64,000 bases of DNA from positions 1 through 64,000 of the forward strand of contig JAKMXF010000029.1 in the NCBI GenBank assembly GCA_024704765.1, in the 5' to 3' direction. The notes below the pieces were generated by a model. The model was given only the letters and a program-made list of their open reading frames with translations, was not told the origin of the DNA and did not search any database. The stretch's first letter is position 1; every line of letters starts with the position of its first letter. The stretch is from Oopsacas minuta. Taxonomy: Eukaryota > Animalia > Porifera. A program made the position numbers and the translations under genes. Shown here in pieces: positions 10,320-21,886 of the stretch.

Positions 10320-13300
10320 GATGTACTAATGGAAAAGCAAGCACTATTGTTAACCCGCCATAAATAGTGCAACTTTTTGTAATTGTTGAATTCACATAGT
10401 AACATGCAACATTATTGCATCGTGGATGATGGTTTGAGAAGTACTGAAGTGTGTAATACAGTCAGTAATACTCAGTGTGTTAAAAATTAAGAAGTCCATT
10501 TCGCGAATAACATAAAACCATAATTATTGGGAAAGATAATTAATATATGCTCTTATAAAAGTAAAATCTCACGCCATTTTAATGAAGAGATGCTAATTCT
10601 TACTCCTTTTTAGGAGAAATCTCACGGCTTGGTCAGACGCCGCACCAGGTTGGCATATGTGATCACCTGATGACCAATTTTTCATCATTCTAATCACGAA
10701 TATTATATGTACTACCAGGGGCGTAACTATGGGAGGTGTCTCCCAATTTTTGAACATGAAACATTCTTACTTATAGGATGTGTTGTGTCAAATATGCATA
10801 GGAATCAACCAACAAGTTTATTATTACGCCACTAATGTTTTGAAATCTCAAGACTCAGTATGCTTGTTTATTAAATTCCCTGCACATTGGATATTTCTCT
10901 GAGCATTTTTAGAGAGATCGAACCTTTTGATTGGCCGATATTTCGCTCGTAATATTAATTTAGAGAGAAATATTTGTGTCCAGTTATACCCTGGAGTAAG
11001 AAATAATACAATTGTTCGTACTTTTCAATTTGATATTCAAAGACCAAAAGGAAGGAAATATCAAAGATTCAATTGGCCCCCTCATTAAGTGATGTGCTAC
11101 TCCAATATTTTCATTTTGTTACGCCTCGTGGACCACCTATCAGCTGGATAACTACCTCCCTCTAGCTAAGAGATCGACAATTAGAGAGGAAAATGTTTCT
11201 AGGCGGAATTACTTGGCCTTTTATCTGGGTGCGCCCAGAGCACCTCCAGAGATGTTGCTCAGAGTGTTACTGCTTGCTCTGGGTGTGATTGCATTTTGAG
11301 AAATAATTTACAGAAATAATTCGAATTTTTAAAATTTCGTAATACAAGCTATCGCTACAAATGTTGATCACTTGGAGTTTATGGATTATACCTTGTATAT
11401 TCTGAACTAGCCCACTTCATATCCAGGGGGTATAATCTGTCCTAGGACACAATAACCTCGGGTATATTCTGGCCTAGCCCAGACTATACCTGGGGTTAAT
11501 TTAGTCTAGCCCAGATTACCTCCATAGGGAGGGGGTGGTTAATCTGGGTGGGGAGGTTAATCTAGGCTGTTACACTGGGAGTGTCACATCCCGGAAATTA
11601 GGCACACTGGTAAATGAGTCAGCAGCAAATATTAAATTTCTTCAGAAAACTCTCCGTTTAGTTACATGGATTAGGGAAGCACAAATTTTATGCATGAAGC
11701 CACAATATTGAATGATTATTCGATCACTATTAGCACTAGCGCATGATACTGCTAATTGGTTTCACACTTCTGCTGTCAAGTGTGTGCCTATATATCAACG
11801 GTGCATACAGCTTACATTGAATTTTCATTTCGCTATATAAAGGTGAAATTCAAACAAATGCTTGACCATCATGATTCAATATTCTGTGATTTACAAAGCC
11901 AAATATGCAACAAACCACTAGTTTGAAAATCTTCAAGAAAATTATTTGTTCCGTTCCTTGAATTATTGACTATAAATAACTGCTAACCTAGTACCTATGA
12001 AGAAATGTATACCTTTGTTCCTCTAATAGAGCTTGAATTATTTGAATAATGGATAACATCTACATTTCTGGAATGGAGGGAAAGTCTAAAGTATTACATA
12101 TTGAAACACAAAAGATTCAGGTACGTGTACGTAATAACTATTCATGTACTTCTAAACTACCTGATCATTCAACTCAGGCTGCCTCTATACCAAGTTAGGC
12201 GAGTGTGGTCAGATTTGTTGTCCTTCCTGGAAAATATCATATGGTTGAACGTGAATTCCAGTTTGGTTAATTGTAGAAACTACTAGAAGGTAACTAATGG
12301 TTGTACTGTTTACTGTGTGAACGGTGTAAACTAACTCGTAGCTCTTTTACATATATTTGTGTCTACATGCATTTCCATCAGACGAACATTACGAACATCG
12401 CATCATTCTTTTGTAAATAAATACTACGTATCCGAATTGGATTCACAGATTATCTCTGTTTTAGGGCTTTTGAAGCGAATTTCATGATGGGTTAAAAAGT
12501 TTTTCGAATTAATTATATTGATTGCTCTAATTTTGCAATTTGGATTTGTTTCATTTTTAGTACAGCTCCTATAGGGAGATGCCCAACGGCATGTAAGAAG
12601 TCCGACATCCATCCACACGGCCATACGAAATCTATCAGTCTGATTCACATGAAAATGTGCACAAACATACATTTAGGTAGGAAATTTGCACCTCGGTTAT
12701 AATTTTTCCTAAAGTAAATATTCACACCTTTTAGTGATTAATCATATTTTCACACATTTCTATATACAATTCAAAAGCATGATAGAGATTAGGTTTCAAC
12801 ATGTTGTCAGGGGTAATTGGGTGCGTAGAGTCTGATTTTGAGATTTCGAGAGTCTGAAAGTTACAAATTCACAGATTTATCATATGAATAATCATATTTT
12901 CACACATTTGCATATTATTCAAAATCATGCTAAATATTTCGCTTTAACTATAAGTAAGGGGTAATCGAGTATGAAGATTCCAATTTTGACATTTTCAAAT
13001 CTATATCTAAATGATTTATCATATGATTAATTATATTTTCACACCTTTTTGCAAATTATTCAAAATCTTTTAACTGCTATTAACCGATTATGGCGCCAAA
13101 GTGTTACGTTCGTGATGAGAAGGAACACTAACATTTTACCACTTCGTTTTAACCAATTCCCGCGCCAAAAACGAGATTTAGTACCTTTTGACGTCATAAA
13201 ATCACTCATTTTCTGGCAGTATTCGGTTAATAGAAATTCAGAGGCGAAATCTCTGCTGTCCAAACAATTTTACAAAACCTACTCCTGTCCGATTCTTACC

Positions 13301-13690
13301 TGAAAACCCGTTAATTGGGACTTTTTCTTAAATTTCCCTAGAAAATTGCCAGAATTTTATATTCATTGTTTTAGAATTTTATTAGAAATATATTATTAAC
13401 TTGCGCGCTTCGCTTGCTAGGTCGCTGCGCGACACCTTAGCGCCTCAGGTTAGGTTAAGAAACAAAAAGGGTGATAATGATGTCATAATTTCGTCATAGG
13501 TGTGAATTTTCGCCCAAGACTCGAACTTGTCCGAGCCAGGCCCAAAATACCCCTGTATGCCAAAAAAGCCTTGAGGGTCTTTCAGTTTCTTCAATCAATT
13601 CAAACATGTATATTTATATACATGGATTAAGCAGTGGCGGACTACCCAATAGGCAAAGTATGGATTGCCTAGGGGCCAAAACCCCTAGTC

Positions 13691-13819
13691 CAGTGGTTTC
13701 CGACCTCATAGTGGTCCAACAGGATCTCAAACCTTGCATTATGGTCAATGGGAGGGGGTCCACAGTACATAGCCAATCTATTATAGGTGGTCCATGACTG
13801 AAAAGGTTGGGAAACACTA
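13691..13819. mobile_element. hAT (Charlie/Buster-type) MITE, 129 bp
   Basis: TIRs CAGTGGTTTCCGACC and GGTTGGGAAACACTA. Perfect 8-bp TSD CCCTAGTC at 13683-13690 and 13820-13827. Confidence 0.88.
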
Positions 13820-14888
13820 CCCTAGTCAATTGAAAACTATTCTTTTCGCTCTCCTCATGACTTACTATATTTACGGCTTGCTAATCAAATAATTACCAAA
13901 ATAATATACAACATTTCAATTTATCTAGTGTAACCAGAGGGTTTGGTCTTAATCCAGCAATAAGCACTTATTACAGTAAAACCTGAATACCTACACAATA
14001 TTCTTCCATGAGTATATGTATAACTCAGTGTTTAGATTATTTATTTAATTTGTCCTCTGCTACTGTTGTATGATAGTGATTTTTTAAAATAATTGAAGAG
14101 TAGTTCCGTGACTTAATAGACAATTCGATTCAGCGTACTTGAGATACGAGATATACCTATACTGGCTGTGTTGCTGTTTAGAGCATATATTTTGAAATTT
14201 GGGTAATTTGTTTTCTTTATTTTCATATAAATTACAATAAATTTACATATGATTAATCCAAAAGTGTGAAAATCGGATTCAGCATGTTCGATATATTTAG
14301 TGAAATTTATTGAATTTTATTTACTTCCTTAATAAATACGATAAATACATAGTTATGCAACAATTTCAAAATTGCATACCGTAAATCCTTTCCTTGACAA
14401 CGGACAAACAAACAGACAAACAAAATTGAGATTTAATAATATATTCCACGGAAAGTTATTACATCCGAATAAACTGTTCGTTATCCACTTGGGAGACGTT
14501 GTTAACCCAAATGACTCTCATTGAGATACAATAGAACTTGGACGCGGACATAGTAAGTTAGCAAACGAAGTACGTCTTATCCGAATATTCTTCCTATAGA
14601 TACGATTAGTACAGTACTGGGATAGAAAATCCGATTTGGAGAAAGGTACGTACTAACCGAATGTACGTCTTAGCTGGTACTTACTAACTGAATTCTACTG
14701 TAGTAATTATATGTCACATCATTGATAACTTATGATGCAGACCTAAACTCCCAAATTTCTCTGATTTTCTGGGAAATTATCAAATGTTTTCATATAAATG
14801 GAACATTTCTATGCAGTGAGAGATCCACCTTTACAATTCAGATTTTTTGAATATCCTTAAATTCATGTGTTTGTTTCCTCTAATCTAG

Positions 14889-15092
14889 ACTTTTAAGATA
14901 AAGGAACTGAAAGTGAAGGTGAAAACAGTTACTGGGATTGATGTAGAGAAACAACGTTTGCTCTACGGCTCCAAAGATCTCGAGGAAAGTCATAATGGGC
15001 AAGTGATGACATTTGAAGACTATGGTATACATGCTGGTGCCAGTATCGTTCTGGTAGTTAGACTACCAGGTGGTAACAGATATTTTCACTAA
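14889..15092 (+). CDS. Ubiquitin-like domain exon (Ubl-2) ending in RLPGG-NRYFH-stop; N-terminal exon unresolved
   Basis: After acceptor ctaatctag (phase 0): TFKIKELKVKVKTVTGIDVEKQRLLYGSKDLEESHNGQVMTFEDYGIHAGASIVLVVRLPGGNRYFH*. Ungapped alignment to Ubl-1 with the same intron position. Not in the ORF track. Confidence 0.9.
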   Translation, partial: TFKIKELKVKVKTVTGIDVEKQRLLYGSKDLEESHNGQVMTFEDYGIHAGASIVLVVRLPGGNRYFH

Positions 15093-16310
15093 CTTAGATT
15101 ACTGACATACTTATAATATCTTCCATTATTAGTATTTTGTTCACATCCTGAAAGTTATTACATATAATTTGATCGGACTGATCAATTAGTAATTAGAGCT
15201 GTTTAATTAAACGCCTTCGCTTGTTTGGTCGCTGCCTGCCAGTTTGTGTCTCAGAATTATTTTAAGTGTGAAGCAGATAAATTTCTTAATGATTTTAGTC
15301 GCTACACGATGGGATATACTCAGTAGTACGTCCTACGTGCCTCGAGTTAAAAATTAGCGGAAATTTTAATTTTATTAACTATGGTCAATCCAATTACATT
15401 TAATAGCCTTCTGCCGTAAGACTGGAGCTGCGTGGCTTTTGGTTAGTAATCTGGGCATTTCGTGCTTCGAGTATTATGAAATTCTATAATCTTGAAATTT
15501 CGGAAAATGTAATTTTCATGGTGGCGTAATAATCCATAATGTCATGGCATTTAGCATATTGATGGTCCTGAGATTTCAAATTTGAAATTCTTATGATGTA
15601 TATTGATGAACAGTGGCTAAGCAGTGGTTAATATGTGATTTTTCGAAATTTTAAAAGATGACAATGACTTCATAACTTTGTCATAGGTGTGAATGTTCTT
15701 CCAAGACTCGAATTTGTCCGAGCCAGCCATAAATACCCCTGTATGCCAAAGATCAGCCCTGGGGCCTTCCAGGTTCTTCAATCAATTCTGGAATTACAAA
15801 TATATACAGTTGGAATAAATGGAGCACTTTTATAAGCGGGGAATTTTGAGTTCACATTCATTCATTTTCATAGAAACGAACCTCTCTAAGCTAGAAGTGG
15901 GGAACAGGGCATACTTTAGAGATAATTATGTCTCATGCCTTTGAAATTTACCTCTATAAAAGGGGAATTCTACGCTACAATTTCTTGAATATTCAATTTT
16001 TGAGCTAGATTTGGAAAAAATTCATGTATTTTAGTATTTTCGCTATGATGAAAACATCGTTGGGTTTCTCAGTAGAAAATTTCTTATAATTTTGGATTTT
16101 CAACGAACTACCTTAGGGCATATTAGAATGCCTAATGTAAGTCGATGAAAATCCAAAACCAGCCCTGGGGTCTTCCAGGTTTTCAATCAATTCCGACATA
16201 CAAAAATACACAGTGCAGCCTCTATAAGGGGCCTCTATAAATGGAGCACTTTTATAAGCGGGGAAATTTTAGTCTACATTCATTCATTTTGTATCTTCTG
16301 ATTACTAGCT

Positions 16311-17135
16311 ATGGCAGATCTTGACCCTTTTGAAAAGAATAAAGTTTCTTTCAGTGAAGCTAGAGGCTGTCAATTGCTATTCGTTAAATTTAGGGACCAA
16401 GAAAGAACTGTATCTTTCTCACATCCTAATGGTAATTGCAATACATGTGGTCATCCTTCTGGTCTTCAAATGAAATGTGGTCATTTGATTTGCCCAGACG
16501 ATATCCTTGATAAGGCCTGGCATGATATCGGAAACATGAAGTTTGAGATTAGTTGCACAGAATGCGAAAACATTATTTTAATGAAGGATATATTCAAATT
16601 TGGATTGCCTACTCTAGAAGAGGAACAATTCCTAACAACTGCAATAACGACAAACTATTATGAAAGTCAGGATATCCAGCAATGTCCTCAATGTAAGACT
16701 CTTTGTCAAAGAGAAAAAAAGGATTCCCCACAAATATTTTGCGTAATTTGTCCTCGAAGAGGAAAAGATTATTATACATTTTGCTGGTATTGCCTGAGGG
16801 ATTGGAAGAATACAGATAGTCATCAAGTCTGTGGAAATGAGAAGTGTTTGAGAGAAAAGACATTAGCTTTGATTAATTCTCCAATGAAGGATTTTAAAGA
16901 TCATAACGGAAAAGTCGTCTCTATTCCAACTAGGAGAGCTTGTCCCAGAAAAGGTTGCCATACTCTCATCGAACACACACAAGCATGCAATACTATGACG
17001 TGTTGTAGTTGTAAGAATGATTTTTGTTTCATATGTCTATCTCAATCAAGTTCTGGGAGTCTAGCTTGCAAAAGTAAAAGTTATAATGCCACTGGAATCC
17101 GCTGCAGCCCAGCTCCCATTCAAACTAAGTTTTGA
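16311..17135 (+). CDS. RBR E3 ubiquitin ligase, copy 2; possibly the last exon of a Ubl-RBR gene
   Basis: RING1 CNTC..CGHLICPDD..CTEC, IBR CPQC..CVIC..FCWYC..CGNEKC, RING2 CPRKGC..HTQACNTMTCCSCKNDFCFIC. Colinear with 6135-6974. Acceptor ttactag ends at 16308. Confidence 0.92.
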   Translation: MADLDPFEKNKVSFSEARGCQLLFVKFRDQERTVSFSHPNGNCNTCGHPSGLQMKCGHLICPDDILDKAWHDIGNMKFEISCTECENIILMKDIFKFGLPTLEEEQFLTTAITTNYYESQDIQQCPQCKTLCQREKKDSPQIFCVICPRRGKDYYTFCWYCLRDWKNTDSHQVCGNEKCLREKTLALINSPMKDFKDHNGKVVSIPTRRACPRKGCHTLIEHTQACNTMTCCSCKNDFCFICLSQSSSGSLACKSKSYNATGIRCSPAPIQTKF

Positions 17136-17855
17136 GAATATATTCAACACTCTCTACTAGACATTTCACCAATATATGTTACTGGCTATAAAAGTTAATA
17201 ATTTTGTTCCAATTTCTATTCATGGTGTCAACTACAGTTGAACCTCGTTAATACGAACATGGTTAGTGCGAATTTCCGATATGACGAAAAGGTTTTTTCC
17301 TAATATCAGGTCCCTACAATGGTTAGTATCATACCTTCTGTTCTCCAAGTGCTAGTCATCACACCGTTTTTATTGTTTAATGCAAATATAGACAAGTAAT
17401 GATAATAATTTCTATGAAAAATATAGCCTAAAACAATATTGAGTAGATAATTAGCATATTTTAAAAGAATGATTGTAAAATTTTATAGTACAAGCTATAC
17501 AATGCTACAATGCTTGCCACCCGGATATATGAATTATGAGCCTTTGGCTGGTCGCTTGGCGATGAACTCAGCGCATTGCGCCTCGATCTATTCAACGGAT
17601 AAACAAACAGACAAACAACAATTGAGATTTAATAATATTGATGTTATATAAGATATTTGAACTCAGCATACTCGATTACCCCAGTATAGTCGTTGAAAGT
17701 ATGATTCTACCTCAATTTTGAAATTGTTCACTTTATATTCATAAAAACAACAATAAATTTACATATAAGAAACTTGAAAATGCGAAATTCTGGTTCAGCG
17801 TACTTAGTTACCCCTGGGTAGCGGTTTAGAGCTAGCCTATACGCATGGCCTACTA

Positions 17856-19162
17856 CGGGGGCACTCAATAAGTTTTGAGCCTGACTATGTTGCGGCTCTT
17901 ATATAAGTAAACCATTACTTGTTTCGAATAAACATGGGATAAATATACTTCGCTGAAAATCTTGTAACTTTATCTTGTATACTTTTCAGATAGCAGTAGT
18001 TTTATTATCTATGGATTCCTTAGTTACCAAATCCTCAATACAGTTATCAAGACGTGATATTCGTGCGGTAATACTTTTTCAGTTCCAACTTTTGAAAACA
18101 ATAAAAGAATGTCACGAAAATTTCTGTACAGCCTTTCCAAATAACAAGGTATCTGCGGCAACAGTGAAAAGATGGTACAGAGAATTTAAGTGTGGGAATT
18201 TTCATCTTGAAGACCAACCCCGCCCTGGACCACCCCCATACGCTGTTACAGAGGGAATTGTTGAGTCAATTGAGGACATGGTGATAGCAGACCCAAATGT
18301 TGCATATGAGAGGATTAAGCACGAAATTGGCATTTCATCCGGGGCAGTGCACACCGTTTTACACCAATCACTTCAGCTACGTAAACTTTGTGGCCGTTGG
18401 ATCCCACATCAGCTTCATCCTGAGCAGAAGCAGAATCGAGTGAAATGTTGCCATGAAATGCTTAAAAAATTCAACAATGGCAACAGTAGAGATGTTTCCA
18501 AAATAATAACTGGTGATGAAACATGGATCTATCAATATGACCCAGAAACAAAGCAGCAGAGCCGTCAATGGTGTGAAAATGGAGAAGGTCCCCCAACAAA
18601 GGTTCGCAGAACTCAGTACACCAAGAAACAAATGTATACAATTTTTTTTAATACAACGGGTGTTAAAACTGTTGTACCTCTTGAACCTGGTAAGACAATT
18701 AATTCAACCTAGTATACAGAGAGTTGTTTGCCTCTAGTCATAAATGCAATAAATTTACAGCGTCCTGGCACAGGATTAAGGGGAACTTTTTTGCACCACG
18801 ATAATGCCAGTTCTCATACATCAAAAATGACACGACAATTCATTGAAGAATCAGGACTACATATTTTGCCATACCCCCTTTATTCTCCAGATCTAGCACC
18901 CTGCGACTTCTGGCTCTTTCCCAGAATAAAAAAATACCTTAAAGGCAGAAATTTTTCATCGAATTCTGAACTTGAGGGGGCCCTCAGAGAAGTGATCGGA
19001 GACATCAACGAAAAGGAATTTAAAGAAGCTATTCAAGGTTGGTTTAAACGAATGAACAAGTGTATTCAAGCTAAGGGATGCTATTTCGAACAATTATAGT
19101 CAAAATAAATATAGATTGATGCTTTTTGATACTTAGGCTCAAAAGTTATTGAGTACCCCTCG
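17856..19162 (+). mobile_element. mariner (Tc1/mariner, D,D34D) transposon, full length
   Basis: TIRs of about 28 bp, CG-GGGGCACTCAATAAGTTTTGAGCCT and CGAGGGGTACTCAATAACTTTTGAGCCT (reverse complement). TA TSD at 17854-17855 and 19163-19164. About 1.3 kb. Confidence 0.95.
18011..19099 (+). pseudogene. mariner transposase with a single in-frame stop
   Basis: Motifs WIPHQL, TGDETW, HHDNAS-x-SPDLAPCDFWLF (34 residues between the 2nd and 3rd Asp). ORFs 17975-18712 and 18728-19099 share one frame, separated only by TAG at 18710-18712. Confidence 0.93.
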
Positions 19163-20307
19163 TATATACACGGCTAGCTAAGCAAAGAATTGCCAAAATA
19201 ATATCCAGGCTATTGATTATATTCTGTTTGATCATGAAGAATTCAAGTTATCATAACAAATTCAACTGTAAAGAGGATTCCACATACGGCGGAGACATCT
19301 AGAATACTTTGGATCTTGCATTCCAAGTTATTTTAGCCACAATGACGCAATCAAAGTTCATGCCCATATATGGGAATTTTTTTCATTCTTATCAATTCTT
19401 TCAGAAACTCTCAAAACTTAAACTAATCCTTTTTATCAAAATACCTTCTACTTGGTAAATGTTAGTTTAAGTAACCAAAAGATGATCTTCATTTTCATAA
19501 ACACATTAAAATAATCATTTTAATGATATTCGCCGTAAATACGGCATTAATAAGTCAATCCTATAAAATCGAAGAAATTCCATCAAAAAATGTATGCGAA
19601 CACAAAATATGTCATAATTGTAACCATTTTTATATGTATATTAATACAATCTTTCTATTGTGTTTTTGTGCTAAGTTAATACGAATAATGATTCATTTCA
19701 TGGGATTTGTGGGTTTTTTGATAATATTGGTATTTATTAGTAAAATAATTACCATAATTGAAGATGAACTTTGATTGCGTCATTGTGGTTAAAATAACTT
19801 GGAAAGTAGGTTAAAAAGTATTCTAGATGTCTCCACTATATGTGGAATCCTCTATACAGTAGAATTTGTAATGATAACTTGAACTCTTCATGAACAAATA
19901 GAATATATTCAATGGCCTGGAAATTATTTTGGCAATTATTTGCTTAGCTAGCCGTGTATATATAGTAGGCCATGCTGTACGTATATTTTTGAGATTTCGC
20001 TAATTTGGTTACTTTATATTCATAAAAACAACAATAAATTACATATGATTAATCCCCAAGTGTGAAAATCGGATTCCGCATGTTCGATATATTTAGTGAA
20101 GTTATACTGAATTATTTTTACTATCTTGATAAACACGATAAATACATAGTTTTGCGACAATTTCAAATTGCATACCCCAGGGGTAACTGAGTACGCTGAA
20201 TCTGAATTTCGCATTTTCAAGTTTCTTATATGTAAATTTATTGTTGTTTTAAAGAATATAAAGTAAACAAATTTTAAAATTGTTGTAGAAACATGTTTCA
20301 ATCTAAG

Positions 20308-20610
20308 TTGTTTAATACGTCTTTTAATGAAGACATATCACGTATAATACGATTTTATAATTCGTATTATACGTTCAATCTACAATCTTTGGTGACGGAA
20401 CTTCTATTGAGCTGATTTCTGTATTTTATATTTTGCATGAAAACAGAAGTTCTCGAATTGTTAATGAGAAATATCAGCTTAGTTGACTAACTTATATATT
20501 ACTTGATATTAATCTAATTTGTACAAGTCTCAAAATGTAACATCTCCTATTCCGAGAATAACCTAGAAGTATAATACGTTCAAATAGATCACGTATAACG
20601 TATTATACAA
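20308..20610 (+). repeat. Dispersed repeat of about 300 bp with CGTATAATACG/CGTATTATACG inverted motifs; second copy at about 50505-50820
   Basis: Colinear similarity between the two copies, seen by eye. Confidence 0.7.
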
Positions 20611-21818
20611 AATTAGTTTTCAATGATTATACTGAGGAAATCGAGTATGCTGAGTCCTAATATGATATTGTAGACACATTTTGTGTATATTTGTTTACTT
20701 TTAGGTACATAAAGTAAACAAATTTCAAATTCGTAGTAGATTCATACTTTCAACGGCTATAATGGGGTAATCGAGTATGCTGAGTCCGAATATGATATTG
20801 TAAACAACATCTATCTATCTATCTATCTATATTATTCAATCTCAATTATTGTTTGTCTGTTTGTTTGTCCGTTGTTATGTAGATACAAAGTTGTTATTTA
20901 TGAACTTGCTACAAAGGGCTACCGAGGGGTAAGTAAGTAGTCAGTACGCTGAATCCGAATTTCGCATTATCAAGGCTTCTCAAATGTAAATGTATCGTTG
21001 TTTTATGAATACAAAGTAAACAAATTATCCTAAATCATAAAATGTACGTAGATACTTGCCCTCAATGGCTACAAAGGGTGTTGATCTTACAAAATAATTC
21101 AATAACATATATGCCATATACGTATATTTGTGAATTACATGGTTCTAAATATATCTATATTAAAATACTCAAAAAGGCCGTCAATTTGGAGAATAATGGA
21201 TATCTGGAGGGCAATGCGCCGAGTTAATTGTGAAGCAATTTCAACTTGAAACTGCAATTGTCCAATATGATGACGTCAGAATAGGTAACATATTGAGGGA
21301 TACCTGCGATTCAAATTTCAATTTTCTCTCATGTATATTGGCTGAGCAGTGGCCATTAATGTGATATTTCGGAAATCCAAAAAGGCAATTACGTCATAAT
21401 TTCGTCATAGGTTTGAACTTTCGTCTAAGACTCTAACTCGACCGAGCCAGGCCCAAAGTACCCATCCCCTTTCTTAGAAAAATTATCTCTGGGGAAATTC
21501 CAGTTTCTTCAATCAATTCTGGACAAATAGACATAGAAATATATACATATATATACTTACATCAGATTAAATGCGTTAATAATATAATAATATAGATAAA
21601 ATTTGAAATCCAGGGAAATTAAATCACGAGATTTTGAGATAAATATCCAGGGAAATTAAATCACGAGATTTTGAGATAATTATCCAGGGAAATAGTTAGA
21701 AATGGTTGATAATTATATCTGATAGTTAATTAAGTAGTTAGCATAGGATGATCAGTTAATAGAAATGAGCATTCACTAATTGAGTAATCAGAGAGGGGAC
21801 TGAATGTTGGAGGATATA

Positions 21819-21855
<37 letters not shown>

Positions 21856-21886
21856 AGAAAAAGAAATCAACTGTAATACACAAGAA

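Larger units (their letters stand above)
17843..19975. mobile_element. Non-autonomous foldback/long-TIR element of about 830 bp, interrupted by a mariner
   Basis: 17843-17855 plus 19163-19361 is the reverse complement of 19764-19975 (about 200-bp imperfect TIRs). Partial copies lie at about 56100-56340 and 59360-59510. Confidence 0.8.

Noticed and set aside
14450-14888. First coding exon of Ubl-2 (and likewise 7613-7900 for Ubl-1)
   Set aside because: Phase-0 candidates (MEHFYA|, MNLL|) give an implausibly short Ubl N-terminus and other candidates contain stops or the wrong phase, so no call was made.
16609-16863. Antisense or overlapping ORFs inside RBR copy 2 (likewise within the E2, mariner, Helitron and 7-TM genes)
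   Set aside because: Shadow frames of real coding sequence with no independent support.
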